64,000 bases of DNA from Octopus sinensis (taxonomy: Eukaryota). The stretch covers positions 30,008,001-30,072,000 of the forward strand of contig NC_043012.1 of the NCBI RefSeq assembly GCF_006345805.1. The letters run 5' to 3'. Below the pieces are notes generated by a model. It ran no database searches and had not been told where the DNA came from. It saw nothing but the letters and a program-made list of their open reading frames with translations. The position numbers and the translations under genes are program-made. This document shows positions 14,035 to 26,590 of the stretch, one piece after another; within the stretch, counting starts at the first letter, position 1; every line of letters starts with the position of its first letter.

Positions 14035-14186
14035 CCGGAGTAAACACATAAATGTGAAACAAGGTGGAAAAAAGAGTACTCAAATACCAGTGGTAGAGTA
14101 ATATGCTTTATTTAAAGCAGCAGAAAATTCAACAAAACCTGTTACTCTGAGTTTCACGTTCCCGTTCGTCGGACAGTTTTTGCTAG
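14035..14186 (-). mobile_element. Short Penelope-like element with minimal hammerhead ribozyme motif, embedded in (TA)n
   Basis: Minus strand reads ctgt-CCGACGA-acg GGAA cgt-GAAAC-tcaga-GTA-acagg. Same family as 58431-58922. Ends are CTAG and CCGG, with (TA)n on both sides. Confidence 0.75.
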
Positions 14187-14258
<72 letters not shown>

Positions 14259-14259
<1 letters not shown>

Positions 14260-14396
14260 CATTGTAACTTTAAACATTATATATATATATATATATATAT
14301 AATCATTGTAACTTTAAACATTATATATAATATATATATATATATAATCATTGTAACTTTAAACATATATATATATATATAATCATTGTAACTTTA

Positions 14397-14434
<38 letters not shown>

Positions 14435-14487
14435 CATTGTAACTTTAAACATTATATATATATATTTATATCATTGTAACTTTAAAC

Positions 14488-14527
<40 letters not shown>

Positions 14528-14936
14528 CATTGTAACTTTAAACATTATATATATATATATAATATATATATATATAATCATTGTAACTTTAAACATTATA
14601 TATATATATATATATCTTGTAACTTTAAACATTATATATATATATATATATATAATAATATATATATATATATCATTGTAACTTTAAACATTATATATAA
14701 TATATATATATATTATATATATATATATATAATCATTGTAACTTTAAACATTATATATATAATATATATATCATTGTAACTTTAAACATTATATATATAT
14801 ATATATATCATTGTAACTTTAAACATTATATATATATCATTGTAACTTTAACATTATATATATATCATTGTAACTTTAACATTATATATATATCATTGTA
14901 ACTTTAAACATTATATATATATCATTGTAACTTTAA

Positions 14937-14987
<51 letters not shown>

Positions 14988-15040
14988 CATTGTAACTTTA
15001 AACATTATATATATATATATATATCATTGTAACTTTAAAC

Positions 15041-15099
<59 letters not shown>

Positions 15100-15120
15100 A
15101 TCATTGTAACTTTAAACATT
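14259..15120. repeat. Composite minisatellite: 20 copies of TCATTGTAACTTTAAACATT separated by variable (TA)n
   Basis: Copies counted from 14259 to 15101, a few with 1-nt deletions. The last copy continues into unique sequence (aataaaagatc...). Confidence 0.95.
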
Positions 15121-16277
15121 AATAAAAGATCATAGATTTTTCCAGTCCGGAATCCGTGGAAACCAATGATTGAGCTGTGTCGTTAGCAACAATTAACAAT
15201 AGAAGAGATCGATACAAGCGTTCAGCAAGTTCGATTGTCGTAAGAAATAATATAACGTTTCGAGCCGTTTTGTCCTTAGACTGAGGGAGAGAGAGAGGAC
15301 ACTACTTTTTTCCCCATCACTGTCAGACAAAAGAAAATCCGAGTCGTTAGAAACTTCTCGCAACAACTGACGGAGCGTTGACATATTGCATTCTGAGTTC
15401 GAATTCTGTTGAAATCAATTTTACCTTTCACCCTTCTAAGGTCGATAAAGAATGTCTCAGTTTAGCATGGACTGGCAGAATCGTTGGGGCGTCAGACAGG
15501 ATGCCCCACGATGTTTACTCTTGGGTGGTAGTAAACTTAATTCGTCGCCCGTCAGCTGCTCCTTTGGGTGCCTTTCATGGAGGAGTCGACTCTGTTGAAA
15601 ACATTCGGGACAAGAAAGGTTTCCGGTTTCAGAATTCCCCTACTTTTTAGGACAGTATTATCAATTGACTGACATCTGTACATGGTTGGTGTTTACTTGA
15701 CTCTTATTTTTATCAAACCCCGTAGGAACAGAAAATAAATTCATCTTTGATGAGATTTGAACTTCATATGTAGAGACAAACCAAATTCCACAATCCAGTC
15801 TAAGTGACACTTTACGACAAATTAATTCTACTATCCACCAGACACAGTCAATTATATCTACATTAGTATACTACTGGTATTTATTTTGTCGACCCCAGAT
15901 GATCCTACTACTAATTGAACGTAAATACCGCAAACCACTGTTCCATCCATGGGCTCCCATTCCAGGTTAAGATGCCAAGCTTTCACACTTCGAGAGGCAA
16001 CATCGCCTCATTGTCATCTAACACCGGAGCTAACATTTACACCAACAAAAAGCAGTGCAGACGAACAGGAAGTACTGCACTCCGTCCTTACCGTGGCCAC
16101 CACCAGAATTTACTGTGTTTGACGAACCAACGAGAGAGTCTCTATGTAGTTGTTCGAACGGCTAGACATAGCAGCCAAATCTTCCCCAAACCGCACCCAC
16201 CGTCTTAAACAATAGATTAGGTAATATCTGGTCATAGAGATATTCCTATAAAGAAATGCTTTAGATCGTCGGTTTGC

Positions 16278-16414
16278 TCAATCATTCGTGATAGAGTGGA
16301 CATCTACAGGAGTAGAGAAATTGGCCGGACACTGGAGAAAGTACAAGTCCAGATTGTCACACTTCATTCCCGACGATTCATCATTGCAGTTGGAGTGTGC
16401 AGAATAATCTTCAT
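16278..16414 (-). CDS. Candidate terminal exon (E9) of the minus-strand gene
   Basis: Acceptor ttttgccccttctttatatccgtctag|. Phase-1 frame (D)EDYSAHSNCNDESSGMKCDNLDLYFLQCPANFSTPVDVHSITND* has protein-like composition. Confidence 0.4.
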
Positions 16415-19400
16415 CTAGACGGATATAAAGAAGGGGCAAAATGGATCTAATTTGATAATTTTTTTTTAAATGTCTAAACTGGGACAAAATGAGTAATGAT
16501 TAATTTCTGCTGCTTCTCTTAAACTGCATGGTGTGTAAATGTATCAGAGAACCACTCCAGCAGATCGTGAAGAATCTATAGAAAATATTTGAAGTTGAGT
16601 CTTTAGATTAAGTCAGTTTCCTTAATTTCATATCGTGTGCCATTTTGCCTCGGTACTCTAAGATATTTAAATTCATCTATTTTCTTTTTTTCTTTCTGAA
16701 TTTCTGATGTCTAAGGATGAATATTGATGGGCATGAGTCCCCCCCCCCAATAAAATTCCGGAGAACTGAAGAAACAAATATACTTTATCTCGTCTTACTC
16801 ATTTTGCCCCACTTGAGTTTGTCATATGCTCAAAGGGAACAGAAATATGCGATAGTGTTTTGAATGCATTCAGAGGTCATTTGCTTAGCTGATATAGTTT
16901 TTGTAAGGAAGTGAATGCTTGTAAAAAGATTTTTTTTCTCAGTCAAAAATGCAGTAAATATGGGTCCAAGAGAGCCTGTGCTTTACACCTAATCCTTCAG
17001 GCAAATAACTGTGTCGATTCAATCAAAGCTAACTTCGTAGTGCAAAGAAAGACTTGACATTATCAAAAAATTACGATGCGTCTTCCCATATGTAGAGAAC
17101 CGAGAGTCTTGCCCAGAGAGAGAGAAATCAGAACCGAAAATAGGCGGGGAAGGCCATGTGATCGCTCGAGTTACTAGAAATAACAGCTAAATCATCTCTT
17201 AAACCTCGCATTGCCGTCTTTAAAATAAGCACAGATTCGCTCATATAAACCTAGACGTGTTTTATCTGAATAAGACATAATCGTTACAGTTGTATAGAAG
17301 CTGATCTACAGCTAAACATCATAAAAAGATATTAAATGTAGGGACACAACAGAATAAATTCTGTGCCGGTGATGACGAAGGGTTCTGAAACTTTCCACTG
17401 ACATTTGAACTTCTTTGTAAGAAGTTTTTGAAACTAATTACGCTGAGCCATTTCAACTTGCCACGAGTCTAACCTGAAATAATCCACGATGAAAAAGTAT
17501 TCCAGTCATGCCCATCCTGTCTTTTTCTTTTTTTCTTTTTAGTAGACAATGTATCATCGTCCAATATGTTTGTCTTTCAGTTTTTTTTTAAAGACGGTAG
17601 AGTCTGGCTTGAAGGAATTTTAACTACTATTTCTAGCATGTCGAGTGGCCACGTAGAGGGCTCCCTCTAACAATTTTAATTTTCGCTTGATATTTAACAA
17701 TTTCGCTTATTTTACTCTTTTCATTTGCTTTACGTTCACCGACAATAGCCACATAATCTTTACAGTCGCTTGGCCTGTTAAAAATAACAACCAAATCTCC
17801 CTCAGCAAATATGAAACATCAAATCACTTATACCACCGCCCCAACCTTATTTTTTCTGACTTTAATTTCCTATTTATGTTTGATCATTTCCTAAGACGAT
17901 CCACCCCCGATAGAAGGCAACGCTTGAGTACCATAAAAGGGAAAGACCAAGAATTTGGCGAAGTTTTAGCTACGACTGTGCGACTAACAAAAACAAAGCC
18001 AGACCTGGTAATTTCCTGTTGAGCAGACTTTACATAAACCTCTTGAATATTTGCCCTTTAATAGGATAAATATCTACTACAGTTTTCTCTTGCTGTAGCA
18101 TTGTTTGACAATAAATTCAACTTTATTAAATAGGGAGGCTTAGAACTCTGAACTCGAGTGAATGCGTGAAGATATTACAAGAGTCATGCTGAAGACAAAG
18201 TGTAAAAAGCGGAATGTTTTGGGTGGAAAACGAAGCGATAAACATGTTTCGGTCAGGTCCTTTAAGAAGATTAACAAAATTTTGTATGGCTGATATAGCC
18301 CAAAAATTCATATTAAAACAGGGAAATCTACTCCAAAAATGCAAGCTATATAGCATTCACCAAACTTTTCGTTGAAATAAAAAATTTTGTTGAGGTATTA
18401 GAGGTATTTAAACAGTAGAACACATTGACTGCGAAAACTACAGTCGCTAAACTCTGCATGATATCACGTTGGAGATGACTTAGGAGTAAAAAGTGTTCCA
18501 ACCACGATCATTCTGCATTTATCTAAGTCAACATCCTCCAAAATATCTTTTCTTTTTTAAGACGGTAGGGTGCGACATTGGGGCAGTTTCGACAGCTATC
18601 TCGATCTATCGTGTTGGCTCCGTCTGGGTCAAATTGGTTTGTAAGTTGAGAGAAAGAGAATTATTAATAAATAAATTTAAGAAATGTTCCTTTATTGAAT
18701 TAATTTCACGTGTTGTAATATATAAATATTTCGATACAATATATCCATAGAAGTGTTTACAAAAGCATGTCCTTAACATTATGGCTAAACAAACAACTAT
18801 ACATTGTGGATGTCTTTGAACTTCGTCGGACATGCTAGCAATATCACCGACTTCTCCTTCAATTCACATCCTGCAGCCCTCCCCATATACACACACACAA
18901 AAAAGATACTATGTCAATAAAAGACAAGATGTGCTGCAGCTGACTAGCCGGAACACCTTTAAACATCATAATCCAGCTTAATCAGAGTTGACCTGCGCCT
19001 TAATGCAAATTTTTGACGTTGTCATCTTTCGATAACACATTTTCTTTCCTTTATACTTTCCTCCATGGGAAAAAAAATCTATAAAAGATCAACGAGTGCA
19101 ATCAATGAACAAAAAGCTTTGATCACTAACCATAACCTGATGAGAGTTCAATAGATGTATTGACGCGTGGGAGGAGATTATCGACTCCAGTTCTTAACTG
19201 GTACTTTATTGATCTCGAAAAGATGAACAGCTAAAATTGACTTCAACTCAGAATTAAAGCACCAGAAGAAATAGAGCATTTTTATAGAAGTTTAGAAAGA
19301 GTGGATTAATAGAATGGTTTCTAATTTTGGAACAAGGCCAGCAATTTTGAAGGAAGAGGTTAGTTGGTACCATCGAACCCCGTACTTGGTCAGTAACTTA

Positions 19401-20487
19401 TTTTTACCAACCCCGGAGGGATGAAATATAAAGTTCACCTTAGTTGGATATGAACCCAGAATGTAAAGAACCAGAAGAAATACAACAGGGCATTTTTGCG
19501 ATATTTTAACGATTCCAGCAGCTCGCCGCCTTGAGGATTTATATTGGACCTCGACACAGAATCAGCCATGTTTCTGCTTACAAAATGTAATGGAGAAAAG
19601 CACGCATTGCATAAGCAGTTGTTTTTTCAGTAAAGAGGGATTGGTCACAGCTGGAACGCCTTCGATCATAGGCTTACTCGATCAGGACTGGCCTGGAGAG
19701 AAAGAAGAAATAACAACTAGCCGCCAACCTAAGAAAACCAGAAAAAGGCTATGGGCCGTGTCCTCGCAAACAAAAACTAAAAGATAATTAAAGGAAAACT
19801 AAGTAAAATAAAGCAAAAAATATTTTTAATTCCGAGAGAGAAATATGAAAATTAGAAGTAATTATTGCAAACTGGGGCATTAGGATAATAAGAGAAAAAT
19901 GAAGAACAGAATTGGAGGAGGGGGTGAAGATACAGCAGTAATTAACTAATTACAGTAGTGGTATGTACGACAGACCGCTGATGAGCCAAAGAAAAAATAA
20001 TTTACATTTCGTTTCTAAACTCTCGCCTTTCATGAGCAGGAAAAGGGAGCAAGGATCGATAAAAATGTACCAGCAATATACCACCAGCCATTTCAATTGT
20101 CTTGGTCCCATTTACCCAACCCCTAATCAATGAGGCTTTGTCTATTATAAATATTAACCCCTTTATGTTCTGAGTTCAAATTCAACTTGACTCTTTGATC
20201 CTCCTGAGATCGATTAAATAAAACACCAATAAAGTTCTGGAGTCGAATATGATCGATTCTGTGCCTTTGTTAGGAGTAAAATGTGAACAGGGAGAACGGT
20301 TAATGTTGAACAAAATATCTCCAGGTATTTTTTCGACTCCTTATATACCGAGTTCAAATTTCGCCTCTGATTCTTCCGAGGTCGGTAAAAGTGTGGTCGG
20401 CGTGAAAGCACTTGGCTCCTGATGGAGCTGTAAGGGTTCCGCCTCTGCAAACCTCAACTGATCCACATGAAGGTACTGTTCACATAC

Positions 20488-20604
20488 CTAGGATGGTAGC
20501 TTCACACATGCACGCACACACATATCCAAAAGAAGGCCATGTGACTGAATATCTGACACTCAACACACTACATTCATTAGAAAGTTTCTCAAAGGTGCCA
20601 TCGG
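20488..20604 (-). CDS. Candidate internal exon (E8), 117 nt, phase 1-1
   Basis: ttatttccag| acceptor and TAG|gtatgt donor. Only one frame is open: DGTFEKLSNECSVLSVRYSVTWPSFGYVCACMCEATIL. Confidence 0.4.
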
Positions 20605-21725
20605 CTGGAAATAATTTAAATAGCAACTGAAATTATAAAACGTAGATAGAATAAACGTTAGCGTTAAGGAATATTAATACTGAAAGGGAAAAGGGAGAGA
20701 ATTCCAGAGCATGATCTTTGGTCGTTATGGAAATAACTTCGGACATGTTTTGGTATCATCCGACCGCCCCAGTGCATTAGAACGAGTAACAGATAAAAAT
20801 TTTATGTGAAAATAATTCACTGATTATGCAAATTAAAATAATGATACTGGAAAATTTTTCAAACGTGCCTTCTGCATTAAGAATGTATAGATCGTTATAA
20901 AGTGAATCGAAAATATTAACTCACAAATGTACTGTTTCTTATCCTTGTGCCTTCTACCACCACTACTATTGATACAACAGATTTTGTTCTATAACGGCAA
21001 AGAGCATACCGCGTCCTCACAGAGGGACCTTCTACACAGTCACTCAATTGTATAGAAAGAGTAGACAAATTCCGTTCAGATCACATCGTACTATCTTGAA
21101 AAATAAAGAAATAGTAGATAATGAAATCATAGATATGGTGACCATAGAGTTTAGGTCATCACCTTGCACTTTTGTTCTAATTCTTAATTGGTAAAAGTGA
21201 AAGTGATGTCCTTAGTTGAAGGACTGTCCTTCGATGCTCCTAAAATAACAAAATTATCACATGACGGCTGGTGCGTCTTTGATCCTGCTGGATGAGGATC
21301 GATCTGGGACTCACAACTACCTTTTATCTCTCATGCACACCACTGCATCCCTATTGTGTCTCTTCCCACAAAAATGGAGGACATATCGGATAGATAATAT
21401 ATGTTAGTCCAAGACAATGAGCTTAGAGAGTAACCAAAAAATGACGGGTTGTTCACAGCTGGAATGCCTTTCATTGTATACATCTACTCATCAAGGTCCA
21501 CTTGTGACTCAACAACAAACTAAACATTCTTTCCACCTCCGATAATGCACCCTCCCCCCGAAATTCTTATGCTTATAATTCCTGCGGACGTAAACTCAAA
21601 GTAAAAGGTTAAGCAGAACACTAACCACAATGGAGAGAAAGAAGCTACAAATATCAATGTTGCTCCCCGCTCTTCCTCTCAAATAATAAATCATTATAAT
21701 TTTTGTGGAATATGTCTGAAACATA

Positions 21726-21733
21726 ACTTCCGG
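21726..21733. promoter_or_regulatory. ETS-type motif ACTTCCGG
   Basis: Exact match to the ETS/GABP consensus in non-repeat sequence; function untested. Confidence 0.2.
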
Positions 21734-23579
21734 TTTGGTTTGCAACTCCTCCCTTTCTTGCCCTCTATGCATACATATATGCACAGACATATTTCTAAAT
21801 GCTATCGTTAAAAACATTAGGACAAAACTATGAATATACTGTACGCATTCGTCCGTCCGTCTCCCTCCCCTCTCTCAATGTATGTATGTTCTCTTCTGTT
21901 TTTGCTTATTTAAATTCTTCCTCTGAAGAAAGAGCTGGTTTCTTACAAAGATACAAACCTCCATCGTTGGAATGGAGATAAACAACAATGACACAATTCA
22001 AAACTTTAGAAAAGTCTTGCATATTTTTACTATTCCACTTACAGATTTTATTTGTAATCTACGAGTTAGTTGGTTGATTTCTTTTTCTGAAAACCCTAGC
22101 TTATCTACATTGTCATTTAGGGATTTACTTGCTAAACCAAGTGCACCAATTATAATTGGTATAAATGTGTATTTATATTGTGGATACAGAAGCTGGAGGT
22201 TTCGAAGCAGCTGTCCATAGATGTCCTCTGTTTCTGATTTTCAGAGAAAGAGATGTATGCATGCATGATTTTATGTATAATGATACGCATATACATATAT
22301 ATGACACATTTGTCAATCTGCATGTATTATCTATTTATATACACAAACACATTACTCAATAGGACCGTTAAAGATATTTAGATAACTTATTAAAATACAA
22401 CTAGTGAAAATATAAAATCTCTTATGGGAGGGACAGAACAAACAGAAAGAGTGGAAATTCTTATTTTTTCTTCTAATGTTGTAATAAGTTACTACTTGTA
22501 AAATACCCAAAACCTACCTACCTATCTATCTATCACTGCTTTACCTCGCGCTCTCATTCAATATACAAGTAAGCAAGAGAAAACACAAGCACGGTCTATC
22601 TCTCTCCTCCAATCATTTCAGAAAAATAGTTGAATGATTATTTTCTTACATATATATATATATTTTATATTTTTCAACCACGAACTAAATTCAATCTTTA
22701 GAGAAGTCAGAAGATGGATATGTGTTCTATGAAAGTAGATGATGTTTAAAATATGCATTTTGATCTATTGTTCCTTCTATTTCAATATTTTACGTTCTTA
22801 AACTTAATTCTTTGTTGTATACATACCTTTATTTCAACGAAGCAAAGGACTAACTAAAATAGTAAGGGTGCAAAACAAAACCGAAACTAAAATACAAAAA
22901 AAAATGGAGGGAGAGAGAAGGATAGAAGTGGGGAGGAAAGAGGTCCACATATCAATGGTGCTGCCCCACCACTAAAAAAAAGTACCATAAGAAGAAATAT
23001 AGTCACGGGTGCAAAACCAAAACGTAATTAAAATACAGAAGGAAAAAAAACTATGTCGAATATGGAAAGGTTTTATAAATATAAATGTATATAATTGACA
23101 GATGAAAAGAAATTTAATAAATTATGAATTTAATTCAATTAATTTTATTAAATTAATTTCGAGCACAAATTCTCATGCGTTCATAATTATTTAACTATAT
23201 AATATAGGTCTAATCACAGCCGATTTCTTCCAAGAGAGATAGACATTAAAAAAAATTATAGAAAGAAAAACTAGAACTGACTCCAGTATATGACTGGTAT
23301 TTTACTTATTGAATCCGAAAAGATGAAAAGTGTAGTTAACCTCGGCAGTATTTGAACTTAAAGCGCTGAGATTCGGATTATCTACACATCTTCGTATGAA
23401 TATACAGAATGTGTCTGCGTGGGTGTTTGAGACTTTCAACGTATATATCCGTCGATAGAAGTAAGCAGCAGGATTTAGTAGAACGATAGAAATCAATGAC
23501 AAAAAGAGCGGAAAAAATAACTGATATTGTAACTGAGATCATTTAGTACACCAACGTGCTTCCATAGAAACACATTTAC

Positions 23580-23584
23580 AAACG
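23580..23584 (-). CDS. Candidate 5-nt microexon (E7, CGTTT)
   Basis: atcttcctcatcattttctag|CGTTT|gtaaat. Its length joins E6 (phase 2) to E8 (phase 1). Confidence 0.2.
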
Positions 23585-23990
23585 CTAGAAAATGATGAGG
23601 AAGATATAAAACGAAACGAAACGAAACAGTAGTCTCTAACCATTTATGAAAAGTAACTCGTATACATTCAAATGTAATTGTATATACATTATATATATAT
23701 ATATATATATATATACAGAGAAAGAGAGAGAGAGAGAGTGTGTGTGTGTATACATATACACACACACATATATACTACACACACTCTTCTACCAACACTA
23801 AACGACTCTAATAAATTCACACTTTACCAACAAATACAATTTTGGCTGCCATAAAAACTACTCTTCTTAGATTCTGCTTCTATATAAATACGTGCGCACA
23901 CACACATGTAGGTGAAATAATCAGAGAAGCTTTGTCCCACGCAGTAACTGCAGGAAGCTACTCAGAGGGCAAGATCTAAATCCATTATAT

Positions 23991-24057
<67 letters not shown>

Positions 24058-24234
24058 CACATATACATACATACACATATACATATATACACACACACAC
24101 ATACATATACTTATATTAGAAAGCATTCTAGTCATAATTATCCTTATTTTATTTAAGATCAGTTTAACTGCAATACATTTCCTTATTGTAAGACAAAGGG
24201 ATGTGATTTAAGGGAGAAATGGTTTTTATTTCTA

Positions 24235-24465
24235 TATTTCTTTACTACCCACAAGGGGCTAAACATAGAGGGGACAAACAAGGACAAACAAATGGATTAA
24301 GTCGATTCCATCGACCCCAGTGCGAAACTGGTACTTAATTTATCGACCCCGAAAGGATGAAAGGCAAAGTCGACCTCGGCGGAATTTGAACTCAGAACGT
24401 AACGGCAGACAAAATACGGCTACGCATTTCGCCCGGCGTGCTAACGTTTCTGCCAGCTCGCCGCC
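24235..24465 (-). mobile_element. Full-length tRNA-derived SINE (family A, Nin/Deu-like central domain) with 16-bp TSD
   Basis: tRNA-like head with B-box gttcaaattcc and central gcctttcatcctttcggggtcgataaattaagtaccag. TSD atggtttttatttcta at 24219-24234 and 24470-24485. Confidence 0.9.
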
Positions 24466-24647
24466 TTAGATGGTTTTTATTTCTAGCCGACCGAACAACC
24501 ACGTGGAAGCTAACGAGACAGAAGTTCCGGAGAAGGTGTGAGAATTTTTCACGTTTAGAAACTTTCTCAAGAACATCAAACCATGTTAACGAAGAGAATG
24601 GTTGTTTATAAACGAACATTGGAAAATCTTTACGGCGCACAACAAAC

Positions 24648-25327
24648 TGGTACTACTTGAGACAGTGGTCCCGGTGCGCGCACTCGCGCAAGCTAGTCAT
24701 GACTAGTCGATCCTTACTTTGTGTTTTTGTGTGTTATTTACTTTGTTTAAAAAATTATTTACTTTGTGTTTTTGTTTTATTTACTTTGTTTAACAAAAAT
24801 TATTTACTTTGTGTAAAAAACTATGGATCTTTTCGGTTTGATCGGCAGTTTTTTTAAATAATTTCCACGTAACTCAACACTTTTAAACTTCGTATACTGG
24901 TAGAATGTGTTTATAAAACATCTTTTTCTCTTGGCTTTATTGAGAAAATTCTATAATTTGTAAGATATTTGTTGTTGTTTTTTTCTGCAATTTAAACCAA
25001 TCAATGATGTCTATTGAGGTAAAAAAAACATTCTGTGCCGTATATGTCCCTCGTTTAAGAAACAGATTGGGTTTATTTACATTTGTGAAGAAAAAAAAAG
25101 ATACCCTTCCCCCCACCCCTAACCCTAAAATAGATTGAAATGCAATAGATCGATACTAGGGTCATAATTATGGGTGACAATTTCATGACACCGCTAGAAA
25201 AAAACTGCCGTTCAAACCGAAAAGATCCAAAACTATTTTGTTTTATTTACTTTGCTAGGTAGTCGTTGTAGGATCGACTGGCTAGCGCGAGTGCGCGCAC
25301 CGAGACCACTCTTCTTAGGTAGTGCCC
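24648..25327. mobile_element. MITE with ~60-bp CpG-rich TIRs, interrupted by a second MITE
   Basis: Termini ggtactacttgag..gtggtcccggtgcgcgcactcgcg and its imperfect reverse complement. An uninterrupted copy lies at 50833-51054. Confidence 0.85.
24825..25228. mobile_element. Nested MITE with 8-bp TSD (Merlin-like ends)
   Basis: TIR GGATCTTTTCGGTTTGA(T/A)CGGCAGTTTTTT at both ends; TSD AAAACTAT at 24817-24824 and 25229-25236. The superfamily call is an inference from the GG termini and 8-bp TSD. Confidence 0.85.
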
Positions 25328-25929
25328 TCACATGTTCAAAATACACTGATATCCATAGATACACACAAAACACGCAAACATACAGATATCCCACAGCAAA
25401 CTGCAAAGCACACGTAGGTAAACACACCATTGCTTGTATCAACATATTTAAACATGAATACATATGGTCTCTCTCTCACACATTCTCTGTCGCACTCTCT
25501 CACACACCCCACGACTACATATTGTTCTACTCTGTTTCTCACACGTCAAACACATTCACCATAACCAGTCTCTCTCACTTTCACATCTCTTTTTTTTTTT
25601 TTTACACATTCATCACAACTTGCCTCTCTCTCTCTCACACACACACACACAACACCGCCACCATTGTTTAAAGTACACTTTTCTAGTTTATTGGAGCAAA
25701 TTCTCTTACAGCTGCCTCGTCAAGTCATCAACCTTTACTGTTTCCTAGCATGATAATATTTTCCCATGGCCAGACATGTTTTTGCAGAATATTGGAAACA
25801 TTGACAGACACGCATTTATGACAAGCACAAGATGTCGAGAGAATGAGACAAACAATTACACTCCCACTCACTTTACATTTAGGGTGTTCAAACTAAATTT
25901 CATGATTTTTTTGTTTCCTTTTCTCAAGA

Positions 25930-26270
25930 ACAGTTTGATGTATAGGTGAGAAGCCAACGAACATTGCAGAGCATAAAGATTAAAGTTGTAACTGAGAAAA
26001 AGTTAGCTGGTATAGAAGACTTGGAAGCCATCAGAATATTAGAAGAGAGTGATCACTGGGTATCAAAATGCTGACATGTTCAATGCTCTGTGGACACTGT
26101 AAGATGCAGCACGGGACAGCTGCAATGGAGGCTACAAAACCATGGCTAGCAGCAAGAGGTACAACAGGTGTTCTGACTGCATTCTGATTGCCTGAATTAT
26201 TCATCCAACAACTGACGAACTGGTCCTTAAGCTATGTAAAGCTGCTAGAGGGAGTGATCAAACCCTAGCT
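25930..26270 (+). pseudogene. Decayed LINE (RTE-like) 3' ORF fragment
   Basis: Broken frames resembling AGIEDLEAIRI...HWVSK...RY..C of RTE C-termini. Confidence 0.45.
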
Positions 26271-26274
26271 AGAG

Positions 26275-26590
26275 AGGGTTGATGCTGGAAGGCCACATTC
26301 GTAGCTTCTGGATTCAGCTCCTTGTCATACCTCCAGAAAGAGTCAGGAGTGGTTGTCGGAGAATTTCTCCCACTTCACCAGCCCCAATTTCTGGTCTTCT
26401 AATTCTTCTGATTGTAATCTTATGGATTACTATGTGTGGGGTGCAGTTGAGAAAGACACCAAACCTTCTGCTTGCGACACCAAGGAGATGTTTGAAGATC
26501 TTCCAAGAAACATAGTGACGAACACATGCGCCAGGCTCCAGAGCCTGGGTGGAAGCTAAAGGCAGTCAATTTGAATAAACTGCTATCTCC
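26275..26590 (+). pseudogene. Tc1/mariner (maT/DD37D-like) transposase C-terminal fragment
   Basis: ENFSHFTSPNFWSSNSSDCNLMDYYVWGAVEKDT matches the WPPNSPDCNPMDYYVWG motif and ends in EAKGSQFE*. Confidence 0.85.

Noticed and set aside
14259-15120. CRISPR array
   Set aside because: Spacers are only (TA)n, there are no cas genes, and the context is eukaryotic.
15251-15285. Hammerhead-like string on minus (CTAAGGA...GAAACGTT)
   Set aside because: G5 is mutated and no stem II forms; at best a dead Penelope-type remnant.
17369-17400. Hammerhead-like GTGATGA-gaa ggg ttc-GAAAC
   Set aside because: C3 is missing and there is no NUH/stem I partner downstream. The similar strings at ~11663 and ~12857 are equally incomplete.
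17896-18007. Possible plus-strand exon (RSTPDRRQRLSTIKGKDQEFGEV...)
   Set aside because: Weak AAG acceptor and no compatible neighbouring exons found.
24380-24465. tRNA genes (here and at other SINE heads)
   Set aside because: A/B-box-like heads belong to SINEs; no complete cloverleaf.
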